Shown here in pieces: positions 1 to 13,805 of a stretch of DNA of 64,000 bases; position 1 is the stretch's first letter; every line of letters begins with the position of its first letter. The notes under the pieces were generated by a model. That model did no database searches and was not told the DNA's origin. It saw nothing but the letters and a program-made list of their open reading frames with translations. The translations under genes were made by a program, and so were the position numbers. The DNA is from Mobula hypostoma (Eukaryota): positions 102,674,001-102,738,000 of the forward strand of contig NC_086097.1 in assembly GCF_963921235.1 (NCBI RefSeq), in the 5' to 3' direction.

Positions 1-1581
1 TGAAGGCTGATAAGTCCCCGGGACCTGATGGTCTGCATCCCAGGGTGCTTAAGGAGGTGGCTTTAGAAATCGTGGGTGCATTGGTAATCATTTTCCAATC
101 TTCTATAGATTCAGGATCAGTTCCTGTGGATTGGAGGGTGGCTAATGTTGTTCCTCTCTTCAAGAAGGGAGGAAGAGAGAAAACAGGGAATTATAGACCG
201 GTTAGCCTGACATCGGTGGTGGGAAAGATGCTGGAGTCAATTATAAAAGATGAAATTATGACACATCTGGATAGCAGTAACAGGATTGGTCTGAGTCAGC
301 ATGGATTTACGAAGGGGAAATCGTGCTTGACTAATCTTCTGGAACTTTTTGAGGATGTAACTATGAAAATGGACAAGGGAGAGCCAGTGGATGTAGTGTA
401 CCTGGACTTTCAGAAAGCCTTTGATAAAGTCCCACATAGGAGATTAGTGGGCAAAATTAGGGCACATGGTATTGGGGGCAGAGTACTGACATGGATTGAA
501 AACTGGTTGGCTGATAGAAAACAAAGTGTAGCGATTAATGGGTCCCTTTCGGAATGGCAGGCAGTGACCAGTGGGGTACCACAGGGTTCAGTGCTGGGAC
601 CGCAGCTGTTTACAATATATATTAATGATTTAGATGAGGGAATTGAAAGTAACATTAGCAAATTTGCTGATGACACAAAGCTGGGAGGCAGTGTGAAATG
701 TGAGGAGGATGTTATGAGAATGCAGGGTGACTTGGACAGGCTGGGTGAGTGGGCAGATGCATGGCAGATGCAGTTTAATGTGGATAAATGTGAGGTTATC
801 CACTTTGGTGGTAAGAATGAGAAGGCAGATTATTATCTAAATAGAGTCAAGTTAGGAAAAGGGGAAGCACAACGAGACCTAGGGGTTCTTGTACATCAGT
901 CACTGAAAGCAAGCATGCAAGTACAGCAGGCAGTGAAAAAAGCTAATGGCATGCTGGCCTTCATAACAAGGGGAATTGAGTATAAGAGCAAAGAGGTCCT
1001 TCTGCAGCTGTACAGGGCCCTGGTGAGACCACACCTGGAGTACTGTGTGCAGTTTTTGTCTCCAAATTTGAGGAAGGACATTCTTGCTATTGAGGGAGTG
1101 CAGCGTAGGTTCACAAGGTTAATTCCTGGGATGGCGGGGTTGTCATATGTCGAAAGATTGGAGCGACCGGGCTTGTATACACTGGAATTCAGAAGGCTGA
1201 GAGGGGATCTTATTGAAACATATAAGATTATTAAGGGATTGGACGCGCTGTATGCAGGAAGTATGTTCCCGCTGATGGGTGAGTCCAGAACCAGAGGCCA
1301 TAGTTTAAGAATTAGGGGTAGGCCATTTAGATCAGAGTTGAGGAAAAACTTTTTCACTCAGAGAGTGGTGGATATATGGAATGCTCTGCTCCAGAAGGCT
1401 GTGGAGGCCAAGTCTCTGGATGCTTTCAAAAAAGAGATGGATAGAGCTCTTAAAGTTAGTGGAATCAAAGGTTATGGGGATAAGGCAGGAACTGGATACT
1501 GATAGTGGATGATCAGCCATGATTACAGTGAATGGTGGTGCTGGCTCGAAGGGCCTAATGGCCTACTCCTGCACCTATTGT
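1..1581 (+). mobile_element. CR1 LINE, ORF2 reverse transcriptase and 3' UTR (runs off the window start)
   Basis: Open 485-aa ORF 45..1502 with NYRPVSLTS, YLDFQKAFDKVPH, SGVPQGSVLGP, KFADD and RPHLEYCVQF motifs, then a CR1 3' UTR. Confidence 0.95.
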
Positions 1582-1585
1582 TTGT

Positions 1586-1670
1586 TGAACTCAGCAGGTC
1601 GGGCAGCATCTGTGGAAACATGTTGCGAGTGTTGCTCTGACCCCAGCATCTGCAGATTATTTTGTATTTG
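1586..1670. repeat. Short remnant of the Penelope terminal-repeat family (inverted and deleted)
   Basis: gaactcagcaggtcgggcagcatctgtgg followed by gtgttgctctgaccccagcatctgcagattatt; both pieces match the repeat at 13806-13974. Confidence 0.6.
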
Positions 1671-1691
1671 TTTTTACTAAGTTTCTTTATC

Positions 1692-2497
1692 TCAGAGGTT
1701 TCAAAGTTATATTTAATGTCAGAGAAATGTATACAATATACATTCTGAGCTACTTTCTTCACAACCATCCTCGAAAACAGAGCAGTGTCCCAAAGAATGA
1801 ATGACTGTTAAATGTTAGAACCCCAAAGCCCCTCCCCAGCTCCCCCTCCCATGCATAAGCGGCAGCAAAGCAATGATTCCCCCCCACCAGCAAAAAAGCA
1901 TCAGTCCCCCCCCCACCAAGCACTCAAGCATGCAGCAAAGCATCAATAATGTCGCAGATTTGCAGTACCCCAAGGACTACTCGTTCACCCAGTAATTCAC
2001 ATACCACAGGCTCTCTTTCTCCCTAATAAGGGAAAAAGAGGTGTCCCCGTTTCACAGCAAGAGGGGAGACATAACAAACAACTTGCTGATTTACGATGTT
2101 AAAAGTCTATTGCGTCGCTTTTTCCTAGCTCTGTGCCCGAAGCACTCGGATCTCTGGGCACGCAGCCAGCTTGCTGCTTTCTATCTTCCGTCTCCCACAA
2201 CACACTGATTTTCTGTGGAAGCATCAACCTCAAGTCCGCCTACCTCCAGAGCCACAAAATCCCAGAACCCCGAAGGCATGCTGGTCTTCTGGGTTGCGTC
2301 CTTGGTATGTCGAATAGCAGCCAGTCGTGAGACCCCAAGAGCGCGTCCCATTCTGGCAAAGAACCAAAGTCAGTGTGTAACTCCAGGTCAGGGTCTTCAA
2401 AAGAACCCTGAAAGAGAAAAGTAGAGATACTAAAGATAGAAATAGAGCTGTTTCTGAAGATGCAAACAAAGGAGCCGCCACTAGGAGCCATCGTCTC
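1692..2497 (-). mobile_element. Non-coding retroposon-like repeat (non-autonomous LINE derivative)
   Basis: Highly similar to 14088-14583 over several hundred nt. On the minus strand it starts gatggctcc and ends in a ctttgaaac-type tail; no credible ORF. Confidence 0.6.
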
Positions 2498-2994
2498 TTA
2501 AACTTCACCCTGCTGTATAATATTTGATTTTATAAAGTTAACTAATGCCATTAATAACCCCGTAGAATGTCTCAGCTCCATTCCTCTCATATCTCTGTTA
2601 CCCTGTGACTGATTCTGTCAAACTTGCCATCGATTCCCCTTTAAATTTGTTGCTACTCAATTATTGGGGTAATTTACAGTCATGTTAAATCATAGTAATT
2701 AACATAGTAGCACTTTTGAGATAGTAAACGAAACTGAAACACCAGGGAAATGTACAAACACTGTATATACAGTCCCCAAGGCCAAGATTAATCTGTAAGA
2801 TGGTGTATCTAACTCCTACACCACTGTGCTTGATGTACTGCCCATGTATGTTAAGGTTATTGATGCACCTTGAATTGTTTCCACCTCTTGATGTTACACA
2901 ATTGTGACTTATTGATAAAGTAACATTCAACATGCTCAGAAAGCCGTTGCAATCTCTTGCTCAGTATGTAAGTCTTAATTGAAAGCAAACCTTT

Positions 2995-3230
2995 TCATAA
3001 GACCATAAGATGTGGGAGCAGAATTAGGCCATTTGGCCCATTGAGTCTGCTCCGCTATTTCATCATGGCTGATCCATTTTCCCTTTCAGCCCCAATCTCT
3101 TGCCTTACCTTTGGTATCAATTCATTCCCTGACCAATCAAGAATCTATCTACCTCTGCCTTAATTATACACTTGGCCTCCACCGCTGACTGTGGCAACGA
3201 ATTCCACAGATTCTCCGCTCTCTGGCTTTT
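2995..3230 (-). mobile_element. CR1 3' end fragment
   Basis: (ccataaga)n tail and gcagaattaggccatttggcccattgagtctgc, the reverse complement of the CR1 3' UTR seen elsewhere in the window. Confidence 0.75.
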
Positions 3231-3427
3231 GAACAATTAACTGAACAATCATAATTAAGTTGCTTAAAATCACAAACTATTCCAATGGACCTTTCCAACC
3301 TGACAAAGGCTGCCAAAATTCAATCTGATTGGGCCTCCGGGACCTACAAATTTTAAAATTGAGAGATATAAAAACTGTTATTTTGATATTCCAGTACTAA
3401 GTTTCATTATTTGTCTATTTATTAAAG

Positions 3428-3476
3428 GCTGAGGAAGAGCAGAAAAAAAAGAAAAAACAAACCAACAGTGATGAAG
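3428..3476 (+). CDS. UBR1: UBR1 internal coding exon (window exon 1; AEEEQKKKKKQTNSDE)
   Basis: AG at 3426-27 and GT at 3477; 49 nt. Resembles recalled human UBR1 AEHMQKKRRKQENKDE and joins in phase (G|CT=Ala) to the ALPPP exon at 17917. Confidence 0.85.
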
Positions 3477-4272
3477 GTAATTCAGGTTTAAATTTCTATT
3501 TAAGGATGCCATTTGCAGGTTGTAGTTTTATATTTTACAGTGGGATAGCCAGCATCAATAAAGTTGTTGAGGTTAAATATTATAATGGTTTAGCTACGGG
3601 AGAAATGGGCAAATGTCATAGAGTAGCAGTTCAATCGCAGGTTCAGCTGCTCTTTGCAGTTCACATAAACATAATACTGCATGGGACTTCAATTAAAGAA
3701 TAGTTGAATGCTTAATCTTATATTTCGTCCTTATTTACGACAAATGTGGGACGCATTATTTAATCAAGCAAGCTTGTTCTGAACCACTGCAACAAACAAA
3801 TAAAAATTCTCGGTTATATAAGTGGTTTGTTGGATGGTCTGAGGATTTGGAGTACAGTTAATCTGCAGCACAAAGAATAAAAGGATAAACTTGGCATAGT
3901 GAAATGAACTAAAGCACTGTTGACATTGCACAGTTCGTGATGGTTCAGCAGGATAGGGATTGAGGAAATGAGCAGGACCCTTGACAAATGAAAATTTAGC
4001 TTGGGAAATGCGAGGTGATGCATTTTAGTAGGCAGTATTAGAAGATAAATTATTATCTAAAGAGAGAACTATTGCATAGAAGTGGAGCACAGAAGGATCC
4101 AGTTAGCTGTGTACGAAATGCAGTAGGTTAGATTGCAACTGCTGTAGTTAAGGTTATCAGTCTTCACTGCTAGCAGGTTGAATTTTAAAATTAGGGAAGT
4201 ATTGCTATAGTATTGCCAAATGGGATGAGATAGATCGACACAACGGTCACCACAGACTTAGTTGGCTGTATA

Positions 4273-4895
4273 TTGAATTGAATGATCTTTATTGTCATTA
4301 TACATAGGTACAATGAAACTCTGTTTGGCTTCCTCTCAGGCAATTAAATAACGCGGTAGATAAAAACAAGACAGTAATAGAAAAACAGTATTAAATAAGT
4401 AGCAGAAAATAAGTTGCAGCAGCACCAGAATATCCCAGTAATGCACAAGGTGCCGTTAGTGCAAGTATTTGAGTCCATGTGTGCTCACAGTTTCAGTCAT
4501 TGTTCTGTGGGAGTGGTGTGATGGTGGCCACAGCTCTGGGATAGAAGCTGTTCCTCAGTCTATTTGTTCTGGCTTTTAGTGCCCTGAACCTTTTGCTGGA
4601 TGGCAGTGGGTCAAACAGGGAGTGGCCGGGGTGTGTGGTGTCTCTGGTTATGCTGATTGCTCTCCTCCTGAGTCTGCTGGAACAGACAGTGTCCAGTCCT
4701 GGGAGCTCCAACCTGACAATTCGCTGGGCCGCATTCCCCACGTGATGCAGATCTTGTTGCTTAGCGGCTGTGTAGCTGGCATACCACACGGTGGCGTTGT
4801 TGGTCAGGATGGTTTCAATTGTGCTTCTGTAAAAGTTAAGCAACAGCTTTTGTGGGAGTTTGGCCTGTTTCAGCTTTCTGAGGTATATGATGTTG
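4273..4895 (-). mobile_element. Rex1/Babar-like LINE, 5'-truncated
   Basis: ORF 4493..4843 with FYRSTIETILT...VWY...HPGHSLFDPLPS.KRFR...RTNRLRNSFYPRA; (ttcaa)n-like tail. Confidence 0.8.
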
Positions 4896-5423
4896 GTGAA
4901 GCCACTCCTTGTACAATTTTGATCTCTTATTTAAAAGATTGAGCTAACATCAAAGACAGTCTATTCAGAAGGCTAATTTCTCAGATGAAAGGGTTATCCT
5001 TTTATGTTAGACCTTTATTTTTTGTGGTTTAGAAAAGTAAGGGGTGATCTTACTGAAAAATAAGTTCCAAAGGGGGCATACCAGAGTTGAGGTTGAACTG
5101 TTTCCATTAATGAGAAAAAGACCGGTCAAGGTGAGGGGCAATCTTTTAAAACTGAGGTGCTTAACAACCTTAGCTCACAAGAGTATTAAATCTCTGATAT
5201 TCTGTACCCAGAGGGTTGTGGAGGCACTATCACTCCAGGTGCATTTTGAGAGATTTTTGAAAAATCGGGGAATTGAGAATTGCTGAATTACAGTCAAAGA
5301 TTATCTGGTAAAAGTAATGAGAACTGTTTCACTTTAATTAAGTTCATTTCCTCATTGGGAAAAGTCTGACAATCGTGTAAAGACCTCTGTAGATTGTACA
5401 AGCAATAGCATGATGGAAGCAAT

Positions 5424-6302
5424 TGTTACGTAACCAGCAACAATGAATATTAATCGAGACTGGTAATATAAAAACAACAAAATATTTATTAAACATGTAT
5501 GAATGATAAGGAAAAAAAACAAAGGAAAACTTTAACTGGAGGTTATCAGGTACGCAGCCGTTCACCAACTCGCCACTCGGCTCTGGTTCTGAAAGCGTTA
5601 AATGCTGAAAACAATTCTTAAAGTGATACAGTCAGATATAGTTCTTAAAGCAACAACTTCGAAAGTCCAACGGTTTTACACATTCAATTGGGAGAGACTT
5701 CTCTGGAGAAAGATTTCTTCACAGATGCAACTTTACTGCTGGTTCTGTCCGCAGGATTCCCGATGCCGAAATTAAACAGTTTAAATCGACTGACCTTAAA
5801 TTCCTTTTAGAGAGAGCACCTTTTTGCATGAACTCATTGCCCTTTTACAAGAGTTATCTCGATGCAGATTCTCTCCGACGAAGACTCAATAAGGTCGATT
5901 CTTTATTAAACTGCCAAACGATGCCGACTGCTCTCGATCCTTCACTTCGATGAATTCTTCACTCTCCCTTCAAAACTGTCGGAATTGAGTAAATTGGCAC
6001 TTCCAGCCACAAATTTCCAGTCCAAATACAATATCTTGTAAGAGAACGCACCTTCCGTTTTAAAAATGAAACTGCGTCACAAAAACAAACATGCAACAGA
6101 AACGGAGGCACAACACGTTCTACCTGGAAATCTACAAACTCAAAAACCCACTGCGTCACCTGAGTCGACCCTTATATAGTCATGGGGGCGGGGCACATCA
6201 TCACGTGACCTCACATCGATGGGAAAATCACATCAGGTGACCTCCAAAAGACTATTACATCATTCTCACACAAAAAAAACAGATCTCCTTAAACATGTAA
6301 CA
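5424..6302 (-). mobile_element. Solo LTR, Gypsy-type (879 bp)
   Basis: TGTTAC...GTAACA termini and 4-bp TSD caat (5420-23, 6303-06). Minus-strand TATA-like ctatataag at 6171-79 and AATAAA at 5485-90. Confidence 0.85.
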
Positions 6303-7071
6303 CAATAACTGGGGGACTCAGGCATGTGCTTGGTTGTTGATACCTGAGAACCAGGCTAAATGTAAATGGAGGGAAAGTGGGGAAAAGGAGATGGGGGCAA
6401 AAAGCAAATAGGAAGGAGAGTGGTAGCTAACATAAAATGAAACCAAAATGTCTGTGCTGCATGTATTTAAATAATAAGACATGGAGAATGGAGCCATTTG
6501 GGGAGCAAGATGGGTGCCTACTCATGGAGGAAAAGGACTTGACTGAGGTATTAAATGATTACCTTGTAATTGATGTTAACAGGGTGGTGATGCTGTAATC
6601 ATAGTTTTAAAACAAAAGTTTTACTAAAACATAGGAAAGTACAGAAACAGGCCTTCTCACCCATGGTGCCAGTCTAAACTAATCCTATCTGCCTGCACGT
6701 GGCTGATACCTCCATTCGCATGTGTCCGTCTGAATGTGTCATTCCACCACTTCCCTTGGCAGTGCATTCCAGGCACCTACTATTCTGTATTTAAAAAGAA
6801 CTTGCCTCATTAAACTCCTTTAAACTTTTCCACCTGAAACCTTAAATCTATGCTATCTGTTGTTTAACATTTCCTCATTGGGGGAAACTCTATCATATCT
6901 CTGCCTCATATAATTTTATCTGTCAGGTCTCCCCTTTGCCTCCAGTTCAGAAAAAATAATCCAAGTTTGAACAGCCTCTCCTTGTAGCTAATACTCTGTA
7001 ATCCAGAGAACATCCCAGTGAAGCTCTTTTACTCCTTTTTCAAAGTTTCCACCTCCTCCTTTAGAGTGGGT

Positions 7072-7320
7072 GCCACAGTACTGTAGTAGTTAGTGCAATT
7101 ACGGCTTGGGGTATTCCAGAGTTTGGAGTTCAGTTCCAGCGCTGTTCTGTAAGAGATCTCTGGATGTCCTCTCCATTGAGTACGTGCAGTGCTTTGGTTT
7201 CCTCACACAGTCCAAAGGTGTGCCAGGTCAGTCAGTTGGTCATTGTAAATTGTCCTGTGATTAGGCTAGTGTAAATCAGAGTTGTGGGGTTGCTGGGCAG
7301 CTTGGCTCAGAAGGCCAGAA
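7072..7320 (+). mobile_element. tRNA-derived SINE, degraded
   Basis: A-box-like tgtagtagttag and B-box-like ggagttcagttcc, then a ggtttcctc-cacagtccaaag core shared with other SINE copies here. Confidence 0.6.
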
Positions 7321-8062
7321 TTGCTATTTTATTTTATTGCTATTTTATTACTCCAAAAGTGATCTAACTAAAGTTTCACACAACTGCAAAAATCGTTAAA
7401 GAACAACTTTCTGAAAAGGCTGGTAAGCATAAAGTTCACTCACACAGGATGGGAAGTAGGAGAGAGGCCCCCAGGGCTGGAGAACTGCTAATAAAATGCC
7501 CTTGTACGACAAAAGGAACTGGAGAAGGAACAGAGGGAAATCAGACAGGGAGCAGCACTGTGTTGCAACTAGTAGAGCTCTGCCATTCAACTCCACTGAA
7601 TGGGGTTCAATGCTGCTGTCTGTAAGGGTCTCCATGTGACTGTATTTCCTCTGCATGCTAGTTTCTTTCCATATCCCAAGGATGTGCTTAGGATATTACT
7701 AGATCAATTGGTCAACATAACTCACTCTCTTACAGCTGAGTGGTAGAATCCGGGGAAATATTGATAGGAATTTGGGATAAATAAGAATGAGATGCATGGG
7801 ATGTAATGTCAATGGCTAAAATAAATCTTCAAATCTCCTATGTCTTACCCTAAATCTTTATTCTGCACTGAGGGGAAAAGAAGTTTCTTATTGCCCTCTT
7901 CACCACTCTTTATCTTAGTAATTTCTTCCAGCACTGGAAACCTCTAATTATACTTTAATCATTCCACCCATGGTATCTATGCCTTTACCTGCTTCTGAAT
8001 TAAAACTTTCTCATGAAGACCTCAATGATGAGTTACTATGTTGCAAGAACCACAATAACTTA

Positions 8063-11000
8063 AGACCATAAGACATAGCAGTAGAATTAGGCCCATTGAG
8101 TCTGCTCTGCCATTCCATCTTGGCTAATTTATTATCCCTCTCAAACCGATTCTCCTTCCTTCTCCCCACCCTGACTAATCAGAACCTATCAATCTTTGCT
8201 TCAAATATACCCAATGTCTTAGCCTTCACAGCCTTCTGTGGCAGTGAATTCCACGGATTCACTACCCTCTGGCTAAAGAAATTCCTCCTCATTTCTGTTC
8301 CAAATGGACATCCTTCAATTCTGAGGCTGTGCTATCTGATTTGAGACGTCCCCTACAACCTCTCCATATCCACTCTAATTAGGTCATTCAATATTTGATA
8401 GGTTTCAGTGAGATCCCCTCCCCCACATTCTTCTGAGCTCCAGCAGGTACAGCTCCAGAGCCAATGAATGCTCCTCATACGTTAACACTTCAGTTCTTGG
8501 AATCATTCTTGTGAACCTACTCTGGACCACCTCCAATGCGAGCACATCTTTTAGATAAGGGACCCAAACTTGCTTACAATACTCACAAGTGTGGTCTGAC
8601 CAATATCTTTATAAACTTTCAGCATTACGTCCTTGCTTTTATATTTCTGTCCTCTCAAAATCAATGCGATCATTACATTTGTCATCTTCACCATTATAAC
8701 CTGCATGGTTAGAGTATTGGCTGATTGGTGTAAGGGAGTGAGTGGGAATAAAAGGATCCTTTTCTGGTTGGCTGCCAGTAACTAGTGGTGTTCTGCAGGG
8801 AGCCTCAATATCACATCCTGTCTCTTATATTACATACCTCTAGAAATGAATGCCAATGTTGCATTCACCTTCTTCACCACCGACTCAACCTGGAGATTAA
8901 CCTTTAGGGTATCCTGCAGAAGGACTCCCAAGTCCCTTTGCATCTCTGTATTTTGAATTCTCTCCCCATCGAAATAATAGTCTGCGCATTTATTTCTTCC
9001 ACCAAAGTGCATGACCGTATACTTTGCAACATTGTACTTCATTTGCCACTTCTTTGCTCATTCCCTTAAACTATCTAAGTCCCTCTGCAGGCTCTCTGTT
9101 TCCTTGACACTACCCGCTCCTGCACCTACCTTTGTATCATCAGCAAATTTAGCCACAAATCCATTAATACTGTCGTCCAAATCATTGGCCTACATCGTAA
9201 AAAGCAGCAGTCCCAACACCAACCCCTGTGGAACTCCGCTGGTAACCAGCAGCCAGCCAGAATAGGATCACTCTATTCTCACTCTCCGTTTTCTGCTGAC
9301 CAGCCAATGCTCCACCCATGCTAGTAACTTCCCTGTAATTCCATGGGCTCTTATCTTGCTAAGCAGCCTCATATGCGGCACCTTGTCAAAGGCCTTCTGA
9401 AAATCCAAGTACACCACATCTACTGCATCTCCTTTGTCTACCCTGCTTGTAATTTCCTCAAAAAATTGCAATAGGTTTGTCGGGCAGGATTTTCCATTCA
9501 GGAAACTATGCTGGCTTTGGCCTATCTTGTCATGTGCCTCCAGATACTCCATAATCTCACCCCCAACAATCGATTCCAACCACTTCCCAACCACTGATGT
9601 CATGCTAGCAGGTCTATAGTTTCCTTTCTGCTGCCTCCCACCCTTCTTAATAGCAGGATAACATTTGCAATTTTCCAGTCATCCGGTACAATGTCACTAT
9701 CTATCAATTCTTGAAACGTCATCATTAATGCCTCCACAATCTCTCCTGCTACTTCCTTCAGAACCCAAGGAGATTTATACACCCTCAGACCATTAAGTTT
9801 CCTGAGCACTTTCTCCGTTGTAATTTTCACTGCACATACTTCACTTCCCTGACACTCTTGAACGTCTGGTATACTGCAGATATCTTCCACTGTGAAGACT
9901 GGTGCAAAATACGCATTCAGTTCCTCTGCTATCTCTGCGTCTCTCTTTACAATATCTCCAGCGTAATTTTCTATTGGTGTTAATGACCACCTTGGTTTCC
10001 TTCTGCAAGTTTTTAACATCTTCCCAATTGCCTATCTTCCCATTGGCTCTGCCTTCCTTGTATGCCCTCTCTTTTGCTTTTACTTTGGCTCTAACTTACT
10101 TGTCAACCATGGTAGTATCCTCCTTCCATTCGAAAATTTCTTATTTGGAATATATCTGTCTTACATATTCCTCATTTTTCGCAGAAACTCCAGCCATTGC
10201 TGCTCTGCTGTCCTTCCTGCTAGTGTCCCTTTCCAGTCAACTTTGGCCAGTTTCCCTCTCATGCCATTGAAATTTCCTTTATTCCACTGAAATACCGACA
10301 CTTTGGAATTTAGTTTCTCCTCCTCAAATTTCAAAGTGAACTCAGTCATATTGTGATCATTGTTTCCTAAGGGTTCTTTAACCTTAAGTTCTCTTATCAC
10401 CTCCGGATCATTCCACAACACCCAATCAGCACAGCCAATCCCATAGTGGGCTCAATAACAAACTGTTCTAAAAAAGCCATCCCTTAGGCATTCTACAAAT
10501 TCTCTCTCTTGAGGTCCAGTTCTGGCCTGGTTTTCCTAATCCAATTTCTTGTTAAAATTCCTAATGATTATCATGACATTGCCCTTCTGACATGCCTTTT
10601 CTATCTCCTGCTGTAATTTGTAATCCATGTCCCAGCTGCTGTTTGGAGGCCTGTATTCAACTGCCATTAGGGTCCTTTTACCCTTGCCATAGAGACTGTA
10701 CACCTTCCGATCCTACGTCAACCAATAGGTTTCAATGCAGTCACCCCTCATTCTTCTGAATACAGGCTCAGAGCCAACATAGGACAAGCCATTCAATATG
10801 GAAACACTTTCATGAAACCCTTTAAATCTTCTTCAGTTTCAGCACATCAGTTCTAAGATAAGGGCCCAAAACCACTCTCAATACCCCAAGTGAGGCCTCA
10901 CCAGTGTTTTGTAAAGTCTCAACATTACATCCTTGATTTTATATTGTAGCCCTTTTGAAATGAATGATAACATTGCATTTGCCTTCCTCACCACAGACTC

Positions 11001-13620
11001 AACCTACCATTTAACCTTATGGAATCTTGCAGCACAAGGAGACACATCCCTTTGTGCCTCAGTTTTTTTTTGTATTTTCTCTTCATTTAGAAAATGGTCA
11101 ACCCTTTAATTTCTACAGAAGTGCATGACCATACATCTCCTGACACTATATTCCATCTACCATTTCTTTGTCATTCTCCTAATCTGTCTACGTCCTTCTA
11201 AAGCCCCTCTACTTCCTCAAAGCTACATGCCTCTCCACCTTTCTTCGTATAGTCTGCAAATTTTGCAACAAAGCCATCAATTCCTTCATCCAAATCATTG
11301 ACATATAATATAAAAAGAATCGGTCCCAACATGAACCCCTGTGGGACACCACTAGTCACAGGCAGCCAACCAGAAAAGACTCTCTTTATTCCCACTCTTT
11401 GCCTCCTGCCAATCAGCCGTTGCTTTATCCACACTAGAACCTTTCCTGTAATACCATGGGCTTGTAGCATGTTAAGCAGCCTAGACTGGCACCTTGCCAA
11501 GGCCTTCTGAAAATCTAAGTACACAGCGTCAACCATTTCTCCTTTGTCTATCCTGCTTGTTATTTCTTCAAAGAATTCCAACAGATTTGTCAGGCAAGAC
11601 TTTCCTCGGAGGAAACCTTGCTGACTATGGCCTATTTTATCATGTACCACCAAGTTTCCTGAGACCTCATCCTTAATAATCAATTCCAACATCTTCCCAG
11701 CCACTGAGGTCAGACTATCTGGCCTATAGTTTCCTCCTCCTACTTCTTTCCCTTACTGGAGTGACATTTGCATATTTTCAGTGTTCTGGAACCATTCCAG
11801 AATCTAGTGATTCTTGAAAGATCAATACTAATACCTCCATGATGTCTTCAGCCACCTCTTTCACACCCCTAAGGTGTACACCATCTGGTCCATTTTCTGG
11901 CATTCATTTTCCTGTTGTAATTTGTTGACCACAACCTTACTACTGTTTGGATACAACTCCTTTCAGTGTCTTTTTACCCTTGCAGTTTCTAAGCTCTATC
12001 CACAATTAATCAACACCTTTTGAACTATGTCACCTCTTTCTAATGATTTGATTTCATTTTTTTTTACCAACAGAGCCACGCCGCCCCTCTGCCTTCCTGC
12101 CTGTCCTTACAAACAATGTGTATCCTTGGACATTGAGCTCCTAGCTATTATCATCTTTCAGCTATGATTCAGTGATGACTACAACATCATACATGCCAAT
12201 CTGTAACTGTGCTACAAGTTCATATGCCTTATTCCATATACTGCATGTATTCAAATACAACACCTTCGGTCCTGTATTCAATTCTGTCTGCCTTTTATGT
12301 TGCAATTCTATCAATAGCCTCTCCTCACTACACATTGCCTCTGTAAACCAGCTACCTCATCTTCAGCACTCTCATGTGCATTTCCTACAAAACTTTTTGC
12401 ATTGAAATATACACGGCTCAGGACACTAGTTGCTCAACTTTTGATTCCTAACTGTGAGATCTTACCAACATTCTGCCTCCACAACTTCTCCACAAATTGT
12501 TTTGGCACTCTTGTTCCTATCCCCTGCAACTCCAGTTTAAACCCCACCATGCAGCATTAATAAACCATCATGCTAAGATGTTAGTCCCTCTCCAGTTCAG
12601 GTGCAAACTCTCCCGTCTCTAGGGGTCCCACCTTCCCTGGAAGAGAACCCAATGATCCAAAAGTCTTCCTCTTACAGTAACTCCTGAGCCACGTATCAAG
12701 CTATATAATCTTCCTAGTTCTAGGCTCACTAGCACATGGCATAGGTATCCTGAGATTAAAACCCTGCCCTTTAACTTGGCACTTAACTCCCTGAACTCCC
12801 TATGCAGAACCTTGTCACTCATCCCATCCTACATAGGCCACAACTTCACCCTCCCACTTAAGAATCCTGGGGATCCGAGATATCCCGGGCCCTGGCATCT
12901 GGATGAAACATATATCTGGGAATCTTATTCTCACCCCCAGAATCTTCTGTCTGTTCCCCTAACCAACGAATCCCCTATCACCATAGTCTGCCTCTTCTTC
13001 CCTACTTTGAGTCAGAAAAACAGATTCAGTGCCAGAGACCTAATCACTGTGACCTTCCTCTATTAGGTCATCAGCCCCCCCCCCCACCCCACCCCCCAAC
13101 AATATTCAAAGTTTTATACCTATTGTTGAGGGGGATGGCCACAGGGGTACTCTGTACTGACTGTTTAACTCCTTTCCCCTTCCTGAATGTCACCCAGTTT
13201 CCTGTGTCCTGCCCCTTGTATGTAGCTACCTCTCTATACTATTTATCATCCCTTTCAGCATCCCGAATGATCCTGAGTTCATCCATTTCCAGCTCCAGCT
13301 CCTTAATGTGGATTGTTAGAAGCTGCAGCTGGACGCACATCTCACTGTTGTCGTCATCAGGAACACTGGAGGTCTCCCTGCCTTTCCACATCCTGCAAGA
13401 GGAGCATTCAGCTCTCCTGCCAATCACCTCTGCTGTTCTAGCTGAGCAGATATAAAGAAGGGGAGAAAAAAAAACAATTTTGAACTTTTCTGTCCTTTGC
13501 TTTCTCTGACTGAAGCCTTGAAGTGCTAAAGCCTCAAGATCACTACTCTTGACTCTGTCCGCTCAGGCAATGGCCACTGTGCTTACCCCTGCTAGACACT
13601 AGACAGTTTACTCTTGCTAA
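8063..13620 (-). mobile_element. Cluster of degraded CR1 LINE copies (ORF2 RT and endonuclease; ORF1 zinc finger and esterase)
   Basis: Minus-strand fragments YLDFQKAFDKVPH (9268..9603 and 11198..11704), EPLGNNDHN (10161..10421), ORF1 LLDHWVLFQGRWD and ECSSCRMW (13239..13427); many frameshifts. Confidence 0.88.
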
Positions 13621-13805
13621 TCAATCCAAAATGACATTTGGTCACTGGTGAAAGCTGTTTTTCACTGTAGCAACCCACAGCTGGCTTTTCTACTTGGTCT
13701 ATGGATCTGAGTGAAACCCCCTTTTCTCAAAACTTCCGATGTCAGGATTGATCGGTGGTCAAAGATCTTTAGTGACATCGTGTCCCAAGTAAATGGAGGG
13801 AATGG

